A stretch of 64,000 bases of DNA, from contig OZ249437.1 in NCBI GenBank assembly GCA_965235115.1, positions 43,400,001 through 43,464,000 on the forward strand, given 5' to 3'. The stretch comes from Laetmonice hystrix. Taxonomy: Eukaryota. Of this stretch, positions 18,018-54,818 are shown piece after piece (positions within the stretch are counted from its first letter, which is position 1; the number at the start of each line of letters is the position of its first letter). A program made the position numbers and the translations under genes. The notes beneath the pieces are model-generated. The model ran no database searches. It was not told the DNA's origin and was given only the letters and a program-made list of their open reading frames with translations.

Positions 18018-18034
18018 CTAGCGCCCCCTAGTGT
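18018..18034 (-). promoter_or_regulatory. Candidate CTCF site
   Basis: The minus strand reads ACACTAGGGGGCGCTAG, a near-consensus CTCF core. Confidence 0.45.
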
Positions 18035-20390
18035 TATGTTAATTCTTAAAAGAGCGCGTCTCAGCTCTATCCAACCTCTAGTATTTAAAGATATTGGAGA
18101 AACCACTTGATATGCCAGTAAAGATAATTTGTTTCCACTTCTGATATGATCATTTCACAATGATCCATTAGACATGTACATGTAGACAGACACTAACCCA
18201 TAAATAAATCAAAGTACACAAAATGTACATTAACAACAAAGCAAAAGCCATTAAAACCGTTGGTTCCATTTACATAATGTGCTTTCAGCTAGTTCTTCTT
18301 TCATGTGGAGCAGGCCAGACACTGTTGATCACTCGGGAAGAGCCTAAAGCAGCAGTGTTCATGTTCAGTCTGCCTGACGTGACGTGGAGCCGACACGACG
18401 TCTGGGACGTACAGTCTGCCCCTATCGGAACGCCATCGATTCTTTGCTAGTCAGTTCCCTACATGCCATGCACCGGTCAAAACTCCAATCCTTTTACAAG
18501 CTCTACTCTCTACACCACTTGTTGGCTTCGTATTTTCTTCTTATATTCATGATACATACATACATACATATATATATAAAGTGTATACAAATTCATTTCC
18601 TAGACCTGTTCAGTTGCCTGTTCAAGTGACGGCCACGGTATGGCAACGTACCCTTCCTCTAGACTGCACGGTGCAAGCAAAGAACAGCTACTGGCATGAC
18701 GGTGCTCTAGAACAGCCACAAGAAACTCAACATAACACGTTCTCTGTACCCTGTGTACATAGCATTGGAAAGAAATTACAACAGTTCTGGTCAGCACCGG
18801 ATTTCGCGTGCATGGGCAGTGGTGCTGGTGGCGCACTCTACCGGCCTGAATGGAAGACAGTGCTCACTGATAGACACTGATATTCAAACACGGTAATGCA
18901 TAGCTTCATCAATTCTTGCCTGACAATTGAACAAAGTACATCTAGAAAAATATATTCTGCTTTATCAGTTTTAGCAAGGGGTTCTTTCGTTTCTAGTTTG
19001 GGGGGCATATGCTGACAACAATGACAAAAAACAACCTGTTTGTATAAAGTGAAATTACACGCTCTTGATGTACTTGTTTAGGAATACAAAAGGTCTATAA
19101 AGACCAGGCCTTTATGCTCTTAAATAGAAGGTGTAAGACTGTACAAAATGTATTTAAAAGGTCTGGCCAGCAATGTCATTGACTGATGGAGAGTAAACGC
19201 TGACCTTTCTATATCCATTTGATTCAAGATTTGATGTAAACTTTCTTTTGCAGTTTACCAACGGGAGCGCCACCAACACTAGCCCAGTGCTGCCACCTAT
19301 GTACAACACTCTATGTACAACCACATCACACAATTAGTCCAAAGTCAAGGTTAATCCAATTCGAGGCCTTGGACTTAAAACCTTCACCGTCCCAATGTGT
19401 GCAATTAAAAAAAAAGAATTAATTTCTTTACATAAAAACAATAAACCAAAAGGTTCAACATCATTTTTTGTGCCGGTAGAAACATATTAATTTCTACAAG
19501 TCCCTTAAGTATAAAGCACTCTCATATATAATAATAAAACTGTGCCTACGGCTTTCGCCAAAAATATACAGTCCTGTAGCCTCGGCACTTGTTTGCATTT
19601 AATTAAAAATACAAGTGAAAGTGGATCCGTCTAGTGAGGCAGATGGTGTTTCAAAGCTGGCAAACACCAACTTACACTCATCAGTCAATACACACCTTGC
19701 AATATTTACTACTGTGTCACGATCGTCCACCTGAGGTAGATTGTGGTCACTTGGATTTCGTGAGGATTCGATCACATGACGATCACATGACGACGGCATT
19801 TTTTGTTTATTTCTCTCCTAAATAGGAATAGTTCACCAATCTGATTCCAGGTGGCGCATTATGAATTTAAAATGTCCTAAAATTAAAGGACAGAATAATT
19901 TTTGTTTGGGGCGTTTTTCCACATTACTAAAATTGTTAAAACCAAAATAATTTTTAAAACCATAATAATTCTTAATCCACTGCACTGCATTGTTACTATT
20001 ATTCGTAAAACAGCATTAAAATTCAATTGGCTATCGTATCCACTGATTACCCCTATAAGGGTACACCTGAAACAAAGAATAAACATGCACCTAACTTGGT
20101 TGACCCCAATTTGTAACATAATCACCCATACATTCATGAAATCTTCATATAGCACCACTGAGATTTCATTCGTCCAAGGATTACTGTTGCGCGGTCACCA
20201 TGCCAACAGCGACCTACATTCTGGCGCTGTCTTACCCGGAAGACGACTGTGCCTCTCTCTACCGGAACCCCCATATATTTGAAGGAGCAGTAAAAGTGCA
20301 CAGTCTGCATCAAGTTGGCCCTGCCCACACTGCTTTGGTATGATTCAAAGTAACTGGGCAGGAACTCGTGGAATTGGTGCCATCTCCATG

Positions 20391-20477
20391 GTTACATGGT
20401 TACCGGCAACGGAAAACAAAACTACCGCCAGCCTCGTGTGCTAGCGACGCGACGGTCATTGAGGTCACCATGGCAAC
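20391..20477. promoter_or_regulatory. RFX X-box cluster
   Basis: GTCACCATGGCAAC at 20464-20477 is a consensus X-box. X-box-like GTTACATGGTTAC / GTTACCGGCAAC lie at 20391-20410 and GTGCTAGCGAC at ~20438. Confidence 0.5.
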
Positions 20478-21057
20478 AAAATACGTCATTTATAAAGAAG
20501 TCGAAGCTCAAACAAAACTGAAGCTATATTCCCAGAGATTGTTTGTTTTAAATCCACAGCAACAGCTCACCAACCATCAGTTTTAGGCCTCTCTCTCAGC
20601 TCTGAATTATAGTTTCTGTATACATACATACGTACATACATACATAGATTTTGCCATCACTGGCTATTGCCACATTTTGCAACTAAATAACACAATCATC
20701 ACCACAACATACACTCACATGTAAACTGATTATAGACTCTTGGATCCATTCTGTGTGACGTGCTGAGAAAATATAGCAACATATAGCATATGATCCTGAA
20801 AACGTGCCACACATCCAGCCATTCATCTCCCAACTTGTGAGACAGATTTCTCTCCTAGTCAGGTTTCCCTGCGTTATTGCATGCGCTCCTCTCTGATCAC
20901 CATCTCCTTGCCTTTCACCGACAATTACGCGATGATCAAAGATAATTTCCTATATTGTAGATATCCTTTGATTTTGCTGCTGCATCCATTCAAATTTACC
21001 TTTTTTTCCTTCGTTCAGAAAATTGTATTATAAGAGGCTAATACTGGTAGGCAGGCA

Positions 21058-44581
<23,524 letters not shown>

Positions 44582-47500
44582 TTACATATAAACAGTTTAA
44601 ACCACATCTGCATCATTTCTTCGGTGTCCTGCTGAGACCTCCCTGTCACTGCTGTAATTTTCATGAGATTTTACATGATTTATTGACAAACAACAGATAA
44701 ATGAAGCTATAACGATCCTTTTAGATTAATTTTTCAATTACGTGGTGAATGTAATAGTGACTTTATACCGTGATGCTTTATCATCTGGATGCGTTAGTTC
44801 CCCCATTGATTCAGACTCAAATCTATAAGTATAGAGTCTATACCACTACATGTTTTTATACCACACTGTCTCTACCGTCCACACTGCAGCACTTTGCGGA
44901 CCCAGAAACCCTAGTTTACTAGAACCTCGAACATGACGCATGTATTTTGCCAAGTGGATGTGACCATTACCAGTCAACCGCAATACTTGTTCTCGTCACA
45001 CCTGTGACAGGGACCCCTTATAATCATGACGACGCCACGCTGTCTCTGTATGAACTACCAGATCCTTTCATTTTCTACTCCAAGCTTTTATCTCTGTAAG
45101 AAATGACAGGCCGCTGGATGATTGTCGCCTAGCTCAAAACAGTTGATGTTGGTGACGATCGAAGTGTTGTAGCGGCTTGCCGCACATAGTCTGATCCCCG
45201 GGCTGGTATACACACTCAGTGCTGGGAACTCTGAACATATCCCCAGTACATCTACCGGGAATGCTTTGTTACATCCAGGCACGAACCTTTTCTCCTCTTT
45301 ATTTTTTCAAAAATCTTTCTCTGAGGTGTATACATTGTCACTATTTTTAGAAAAAGCTTGTTCCACGTCAAACTTTCTTTCGTTCTTTTATCTCCTTGGT
45401 TACAGGTATTATGTGATAAAATATGACCGTCTTCGGCTCTGAGACGAGACGTTAGAAAAGCAACACTTTGCGATCAAGGAATGGCAATGGCAAGCTAGCA
45501 AATGAGTAGTCTCTTGGACATCGTGAACAGTTAAGATATATCAGATGAATTCTAGCTCTGGCTGAGGGGTATAAAAAAAGATATGTTTAACACAAAATTG
45601 TTTCGAAGAATGACTAGTTAACAATTTGTTTCCAAAATAATAATGGGGTATATCAGTGGGTGACTAGAACTTTTGTATGGGTGAATCTGTACCATAACAC
45701 GGCACCATGCGCTCGCTGGACGGTCTCGCCCAATCAGCTTCCTCATGATGGTTACCATGCCGACAGACAGGAAGCTTGGTACCTCCAGGTTCCTGGGTGT
45801 AAGAGGGAGGGACCTGGGGTATCGAGTATGCCCCCCCCCCCTCCAGAAGGACTCCATGATATTCCGCATCTTTCTCTTTCTCGCTTAGTTTCCACAATAT
45901 AGCATGAGCTATTGGTTACCAGACGCACGATTTTCACAACCGGAGAAACCGATCCATGGTCAATTAAAATCCCTTCTGCTATAACTAAGCTGTGCCACTG
46001 GTGAATTTCAAACAAAATGTAAAAGAAGTCCGAAAGATCACCTGTCCATTCCCTACAAAGGTCTGCATAAGAGAATTACCTCGGCGACTGTCTCAGGACT
46101 AGCTCGACATGGCCAGAGCTTTCGGGTACTTCAGGCCAGACTAGCATCGACCTCAAACCTGCAGAGCCGCAACCAATTCTAGAAATACCGTTAGTCAAGT
46201 CCCCGGGCCAAATACTTGAGGTTGAACTTAGCATTGACTGTTCAGCACTACATGTATTGTAGTGTCCTCCAAATACCTACCACCATTCTCACGCCACCAA
46301 GGTGATCCGGGCCCTATTTTTTATTTCTTCATTCTTTTTGATTATTATACTGAAGCATTCCCTGTGGCAAAGAAAATGCTCCTGTCTAATTTGACAGTCA
46401 ATCCTGTCTCTAGCTAAAATCTGTCCAATCCTGGGAAGATGAAGCCCCAGCCAGAGGTGCAGTTGGCAGTCCTATATACGCCCGACCATCCATTGCCAAT
46501 GCCTGCTGACACACGCTGTTGCATGTTACACATGGTTGTCAACATTTCACAAGCCAGGGTTCTGCCTATATATCTACCACAGCTGGGAACGATCCCAAGT
46601 GATAAACTACAAATGTAATGGCTGCAAAGACGTCGGTCAAATAGTTTTGGTTTACAACCAAATGCCTTGTGCAAAACTCTTCCAACTTTCTCATTAGACA
46701 GTACTCTTCTTAATAGCCTGACATTTCTCATGGGAGACGTGCATTAAAAACCCTAGGCCTAGCATCACATTTAGTCTCTACCATTATCCCTTCAATGTCA
46801 CAAGTGGTATGAGGATAGGAAAATTTCACGTTATTACTTTACACGAGGATGTCATGTAAATGCTCTCTGAGGGAACAGTCAGAGAGAACACCGTCTGACA
46901 GGGACTACTATCCTAAATCCTGAGGAGTTTTCTACGTAATACCGGGAGATTCCATACCGATCGATCATAGCCACTCCTCCTCAGGCCTGCATGTATTTGT
47001 GGCCACAGATTATCTGATGAATCTATATTCAAACATAACCGGGATGGAATGGTAAATGTAATACATGCATTCTTTAGGATATCTGAAACTTGTCAGCAAA
47101 TCGTATCCATGGAAATAACACCTCCCTCCACCTTGCACATTGCCAGTGCTCATAGTTGCCATGCCTTGCATACGGTTGGTTTTTACACAACAATCTAATC
47201 GGGCCATTCAGCATCCTAATGGCAGCAAACTATGGAACAACGAGAGGGATTCTTTCCAGGTAACAACATATTTACTTCTTTTCTCAACATTTGTGGTTAT
47301 CCTGTTGAAATTATTACTTTCTTAACACCTTCCCCGTGAACTGCACGTCTCAGCCCACTTCGACCATCTGTGGGCGTGAACTACCGGTACCATCTGTTCT
47401 GAACTACCGGTACCAACTGTTCTAATGACCCTGAGTCCGCAGATATCCACACCGTGGTAATGACCCATCGAGAGGCTGGGGTTCACCGTCAGTAGGGCTG

Positions 47501-50500
47501 ATAGCGGCGGTACTGGTGGGGGTGGGTATACCAACGCGGATCTGGAACGCTGACCCAGCTGACTGACAACCAGGGTACACACACGCACACCCATATAACA
47601 CACTGCCAGTCCCCACTGTCTGACCCACATCGTCATCTGGCCGCCCTCCCGGCCCTTGCTGTCCTCAAGTTCCCACAGGGCTCTCCACGCGGGGTCAAAC
47701 CCACTACACAACCGCCATTCCTTGAGGTCACCAACAAAAATGGGGATCTCACGATCATTCTGCAGGCGTGGGAACCAGATAGGCTTGTCACATGATCCTG
47801 AAGATGAAAACTATGTCAGACAAAATCAGTGGACAGGCGTTGGTTAAGGCGCACTATTATAGTATAATGTATGGGGGCATATTAATTCCCCAATTATGAG
47901 CCTGCCTTTATTGACGTCCTCTGCAGGTGCTGGCCGGCTCCCGCTACAATGTCCGAGACACTCCGACGCACGTTGAATTGATTATAATCACTTATTAATC
48001 CTAGTATGATTGAAAATGTTTTTCCCCAAACACATGTCCACGCACCCCAGCTTATAATCATTAATGTATTCCCAGTCAGACCTGACATTTGCCCCATATT
48101 TCATGGCAGACAGGGCCCTCTACAGTTTCAGGACCACACCCCTTTCCCAAAGGCCAACAGTCCAATTTGCATAACAACCTCAGGAAGTTTAGAGTTACAA
48201 TAGTGCACATGTGTTCGGTGCATGCAGGCTGGGAGGTTGACTTTGAGCAGGGCAGCTTGCCTTGAGTACGGTCGAGTGTTCAGTTAGCTGCAAGCGACCG
48301 TGGACACACACACACACACCCAGGGATCCTTAACATCTTTTGGCCATTGTGTCTCTATCTCCTGCAGTCCATGCCTTGCAACAAAGACTCCACAAAACCT
48401 GGTCTGTTCCATCGATCGGCGACAGTTGCTTCATTATTCAGCATAGCATTATGGAAATCCCTATGTGCTCAAGCATGCTAACGGCCCATAAAGAACAATA
48501 ATCACCTAGCACAAAACCCTAGCCTTAGATAGATGGCTCATACTGCCAGGCCGCCATAAGAATATCACCCAGGCCATTGTTGTACAGTTTATAAATGGTC
48601 CTGTATTGCCAGATTATAGTTGGGTTGTGACAGCCCAGAGGCCTCCGTCTCCGGCTGCGGGTCAGGCGGCCTAGTTCTAGAACTCGGGGCAATGACCGGT
48701 CAGCCAGTCTCGGTCCTAGAAGTCGGTCTGACAGTCTGCCACACCCCTATACCTGTCTAGCTGACAGCTGACACACCATGTACCTCGGCCCCTTCCCGGC
48801 CAGTCAGCTTACAGTGCTAAATGGCATCCACTCAGCCTCACTTCCCGGTCAAATTGTTGTGATCCTTCAAAGTAACAAATATATATATACCCAAACACAA
48901 TACCCCCATCCGCCCCCTCCCCCTTCAAAAAAGGGCACTTTCCTGAACACACAGCGTGCGCTATAACAAGAGCCTAGCCCCCTCCCAAACCATGCTGGTT
49001 ACACTTGACAAATACGGGATCTAAAGTTGGTGCACATCAATATTTGAAGCACTCAAATAACCGATCCTCTGGCTGTTAGCTTCAAACAAAGAGAAGCTGG
49101 ACCTGACAGTGCCATACCGGCGATAGCCAACCCACCCAGCGCCGATAGCTAGGATCCATGCCGGTGTGACTGCCTGACTGCCTGCCAGCCAGTCTCAGAA
49201 CAATAGCTCCTTCCTCCATCTGGCCTGGGCGAGTTCATCCACGGGCGGTGCCTGTGCTGCCACCACTCGTCACATTCTAGCAACAGCGGGTAATCGCCAC
49301 GGCCGTCCTGACCGAGTGCAGGCGGACCGGGGCTCTTCCTCTGACCCAGATTTCTGACAGAACCGTGGCACCTGATGGTCGTTGGGTACAGGTAGGTTAC
49401 TGACTCCAAATCCTTCCGAGTAGTTGACACTGACAAGGAAGCGAAGATTCTCACATCACCACCGGTCTGCTTACAATGGACACAGCTCCAGCATTTGGAC
49501 TCAGTTCTCCCACCAATAATTATTAGTCAACCTGAGAGAATATGTACTGAACCTTCAGTATTGTGAGTATAATCACTAGAATTATTGAGATCTTTTAAAA
49601 CCGGAACAGGAGATTAAATGTAAACTGTAGATAATGTCTAAATAAACCAAATTTATTAACAGTTCGTGAAGGTGTCCTCTTCATTTCTCGCATTTTCTAG
49701 GATTATTTATTGGTGGCCAACATACCAGTGTTTTTACTTCTAAAAAATGGCAAAGATAAATCACAGAAGACCCCTTCAGATGAAAGTCGGTTTGGTGTTA
49801 TTTCCTCTCCGACTGGAGGTCAGAGCCAAACCCAAACAGGCCTTTACCAAGGACACCTTTGAAGTGGTCCTCCCATCCAGCAGCAAAAATAAATAGGAAA
49901 GGCGGGAGACTGAGAATGTATGAGGTTCAAGAAAAAGGAGGGGCTATAAACAACGCAGAAAGAAATAATAAAAGGAAAGCAAAAAAGACATACACAAAAA
50001 GAAACTTAAGAATCAAATCCCACACAACTTCTGCACGGTGTGAATTACTGTGAATATTCTACATCGGCGGCCTGGTTAGTATTGACTGCCAGTGGTGTAC
50101 CTTGCAACTACAAACACCAAGGCCTCAGTATTTTCAGACAACTGAGACATGGAAAATTGACAATGATCTCAGAATATGAAAGGGGTGAATCTCCTGCCCT
50201 CTTTAATCGTGAAGGCAAACTGGTAAAATTGATGGAAGTTGACTGATACAAGCTCTGGGATGACTGATGACTAAATGTAGAAAACATTTCCAGGATGCCG
50301 TAACAACAGATGACTAACATCCTTAAATTGGAAAAATGCTCTAAGGTTCATACATGATGCAGGACCATTCTGTCATCCATTTGATCAATGAGTAGTACAG
50401 CACAGCGTACTACAGAAGATCCCTTCATGTCAAGGCAAAATCCACATGTTGTCCATGCTGCTCATCGATTGCGATGACGTGAAAGAAGGTAGTTGTATGG

Positions 50501-53500
50501 CCGTCAACAGAGGGCGGCTCCATCTGATCCGAGTGAGTCAGTGGCGGTGGGGATCATGGGGCACACTGGGAGCAGGTCGTGAGGGCGCATGGCACCCTGC
50601 TAACTTCGACAAATCAGCACCGGTCAATGAGGTGAATGGGAGGGGCCGAGTCGGGGCCGGGGGCGCGGGCTGTGGGGGCCGCGGGGCCGCTCAGACACAG
50701 GGTCAGGGTCTGTGCAGGATCAGTGGAATTAACACTGCTTAGCACGGATCTCTCTTTGTCGTGTGTCCGTCTCTACGCCAACTGCTCATGCTACCCTAAA
50801 TGAGGAATCCCTTTGACTGCCACAATACAACCCCCACTCAAGTGATCAATCAGTGTCCGAGGGGAGTGGAGGGGTGGGGCTGAGGGGGTGGGGTGGGGTG
50901 AGGGGGAAGGGCAGGGAAGAAGATGAGGCGGGGGGCGGAGGACAGCCACCCGGGAAAGTAAAAGACGGCAGCTGAACATTTGTTTCCTGGTTTAGAATAC
51001 AGAGCATTAAACAAACCATGACTGCTGAATCCTGGATAGACCCCATCCTCTAGGCCAGCTGGTCTCCACGCTCTGTATCATGTATGGTTATAGACCTGTC
51101 TGCCTTAGCCAGATCCAATAGTCGATCAGCTCATTCATAATGTAGATCTATAGACCCTTTGCATGCCAAATCTCAGCAGCATACATCTCAACCCTCTCAA
51201 CCCCACTGTATCTGGGCCGCCACATTCAAACTCAGAGCACCCAGGAGCACTACACTCTACTCTCTCAAAGGCCTCTATTTTAGAATATGTTCGACCAACA
51301 ACGGTAGGTTATACTAGAAGCTAGGTTACTACTTTTTACTAATCTTGGTAATTTATGAGTAGTTTCCTGTGACTCGGACAGATTATGTAGGGACACGGAA
51401 GACTGTACATTTCAAGATATTGAAATATTCAAAATATTTAGCGAGGGCGTAAAATGTCGGCAGCTCAGTGTCATATCAAAATAATGAGGTTAAATTCTAC
51501 CAATAGTCGTTCACTTGGTTAATTGGAGAACAATTCATCTGAAGTTGTCGCCTCAGTCTGAACACATATGCGGAGATTTATAGTCTGTTGCTGTCTGATA
51601 TAGTATATACTCTAGCCTGACGACTACTAGATGATTCTGTTGAGCGAAGCTATAGATTATGCTGGTAACAGGAGCTGTAGATCATCCTGGCAGGGCAAGT
51701 ACATTTTATAGTAAATTATTCTCCTGTAACTTTACCAGGAAAGATTATGATAACCAGTGTAAGCTGAAGAGATTATATACATTCTGCATGGCGTGGGGAG
51801 CCTAGACTATATTGATGGAAGCAATGCCAGTTATAGCCCTAGTATGTCAGCCCTGAGCCAGAGATAATTCTAGGCTCAAGACATTTACCTCATCCTAACT
51901 TCTCAATCGCACTGTTTTTCCGACAAGAAAGTAACTACAAAAATACTGTATTTGACCATAAAAACACTACTCCTATTACACTGGCGTGAAGGGTAGGAAA
52001 TAGGGAACTATGGCTTTATGATGGTTACTGAAATTATGTGACATATTATTATATACCGGTATATGAGTGTCCAGCTGAGTGTCTCCAGGCGTTGACAGAC
52101 TGCCAGACTATAAATATTGCTGACACTGAATATCCAACAGGTGTGTGAAAAAGTCTGATTCGTCGACTTTGATGGATTATCTGCCAACGGAGGGAGTGCT
52201 GAGGTAGAAAACGTGACATACACCAGTTGGGGAATAACCATATGTCACAAGTCTGAGAAAACGGGAGCAATGAACTGTACAGCTGGACGACCGCTTGGGT
52301 GTCTTTGCAGCCACTGGACCTCCGATTCCTTTAGTGTCTGCCAATCACACGGTGGCATGCCGTGATGTGACCTCCCATAAGTGCACTGCAGGGTAGGTAT
52401 ACGCGATTGGGAGGGGGGGATTTCCACCATGTGTGAGGTAAATTGTGAGTATGAAATAGACTAAATGATATAGAAAGCATCACGATTTTGCGGTCTGGGA
52501 TACCGGTACCGAGAATTTCGAACTAGCCAATATGAAAATTCTGTCACTATTTCGTCAAAGAAACCCGGGAGGAAAATATCGTTTTAGCCACTAACGGATT
52601 GGCCTATATGATCTGCATACTTAACCTACTACTACCGCTACCATAGACCTAATCATACTGTACCACAATTATTGGGTTTCACTTCACCATGTTTTACACC
52701 TAGGTAGCACCCCTCAAAAACTGTTGCAATACGGTTTGTAATGTCTGAGATATTGAAATTATCTCGAGCATGATGACGTTCATTTTGTACACAGATTGTA
52801 GCTTGTCAAGGAACCTGAGATTAACGATCACCAGAGGCCTTCCCCATCTTCAAATTGCCTACAACTACTAAAGAATCGATGTCTTATCTGAAGGTCTATC
52901 AATATTGGCTGCTAAAGGCACTCCTCTCACGTTCTCCTCCTCGGCATGGCGACTCTCATTAGCTTGTCATGATTACGGGCATGCTTCAATGAATCTCTCC
53001 CGTTGTCATTATGGATTGATCTATGTCTCCAATTACCCAGACCTACACAATCAGAGCCGGCGGTCTTAATCTTTCCCGTGACCTTTAAGTAAATTGTTCT
53101 ATTCACTTCATGTGTTTTATTCTCATTTCCTCTTTTTAAGAAAATTAACTTTCAATATCGTGATTGAAATCTCGATATTTGGGCGTCGGCCTGCCACACT
53201 GGCTTGGCAAGCAATCACAGCACACTTTACCAAAACACATACTGGGAACGCAAACTGACGGGCAATTATTGTACACTGGCATACCAGTCATCCCTCGACT
53301 GTCGCAGCTCAGTAAAAACTTAATTGTCCGGTATTTTTTAATCATAATAATGTTTGGTCAGCAGTTGTTTTAAAAATACCACCCACAGCGAACATAGAAA
53401 GTAAGGACTTCCACGTATAAATTCTGCAATTCGCTGTTTCTGTCGGCCAACTGTTCTATATTATCACTCGGCGGGATTCGCCATCATTTCACCGCTTTGC

Positions 53501-54429
53501 TTTGATCAGACCCGGTGCTCCCTATCCTAAACTGAAACACAATCTCCCTATATCACTTTCTCAAAACTTTCATTACCGGGTAAATGTATATAATATTGTT
53601 TCCAGCTACTTGAAACATTTTTTATTTGGACATCGCATGAAGATATGTTTATTAATATGTACTATACCTATAATTAGTACTGAGCTGAGGCCACAAGAAA
53701 TCACATGCAAGACTCCCAGGCCCCATAAAACTAGTAATCAAACTCGTCACGAAATTTCACCTGGATTAATGACAAAAATCCCTGCAATTAATTATTTTAG
53801 ATTTTTATCATAGAAAAAAAGAAACGAAAAGAATCTATGCAGCATGATAATGAAAGAAATTAAATATCTGCTACAATACACTTTTAAATTCCTGATGTGA
53901 GTACTCGGTTGTATTATCCGTTGAAAAGCCAAGGCAATTCATGTTTTTAACACCTAGCGCTAAAAGAAATGCAGCTCGATCGCTCGACAATTATTGCAAC
54001 CTGAGCGTGCACTCGAGCTTCTGGTGAATCATCTGACCACTAACCCAAACCAGACAGACTTTTTCACACAGTGCCAAGTTTCTCCCATCTAAAAATGAGT
54101 GTGGTCTACAAAATAAATCACTTGGCAAACCTTTCCAAAGGTCTGGCATGATCTGACCTTAACGCTATATGAAGAGCCTCACAATATTTCTCATTTCTAT
54201 GTTTCTTAACTAAAATTTCAAAAAGTCTCACCCGATTAGTGAGACAAATGCCACATAACGTTCTCTTTCTAATAGTTTATCTCTAAGACCCACATCAAGG
54301 TCTCCGTTTGATTCATGCATATGGTATATAAAAAAAGGTTTTCTGTGTTTACCTACCAGCATTAACAAAGAGACTACGAGTAGCCTTTCCGATCCAGGAC
54401 CCCAGTTCTCCTGATTTATGTTACTTATA

Positions 54430-54818
54430 CAGGGTATCCCAAAAAAAACTCCAGGCCAAACTAGTCAACCTCAGAACCTATGTTCCCCCATATAGGGAAT
54501 CTTCTTACATCAAATCTTTAATTCATCAAAATCAGTCAAGCAAATCAAACGTTATGCCGTTTTTAGTGGAGCGAAGTATTTGTCTCTTTTTACAGTGGCC
54601 AGTTATAGCTGTCCGATAATGAGATCTGGCTAATGAACTAGGGTGGGTCTTTGCTGCACTAAAAATGGCATAACTTTTGATTCGCTTGACTGATTTTGAT
54701 GAAATAAAGACTGTTTTTCACGTAAGAAGATTCCCTATTAGGATATGGGGGAGCTTATGTTCTTAGGTTGCCTGGTTTGGCGTGGACATTTTTTTTTGGG
54801 GGGGGGGGACACCCTATG
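54430..54818. mobile_element. Tc1/mariner-like MITE with long (~140-bp) inverted arms
   Basis: TA|CAGGGTATCCCAAAAAAAA ... TTTTTTTTGGGG..GGGACACCCT(A)TGTA. The arms share ATAGGGAATCTTCTTAC, TTCATCAAAATCAGTCAAGC.AATCAAA.GTTATGCC.TTTTTAGTG in inverted orientation. Confidence 0.85.
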
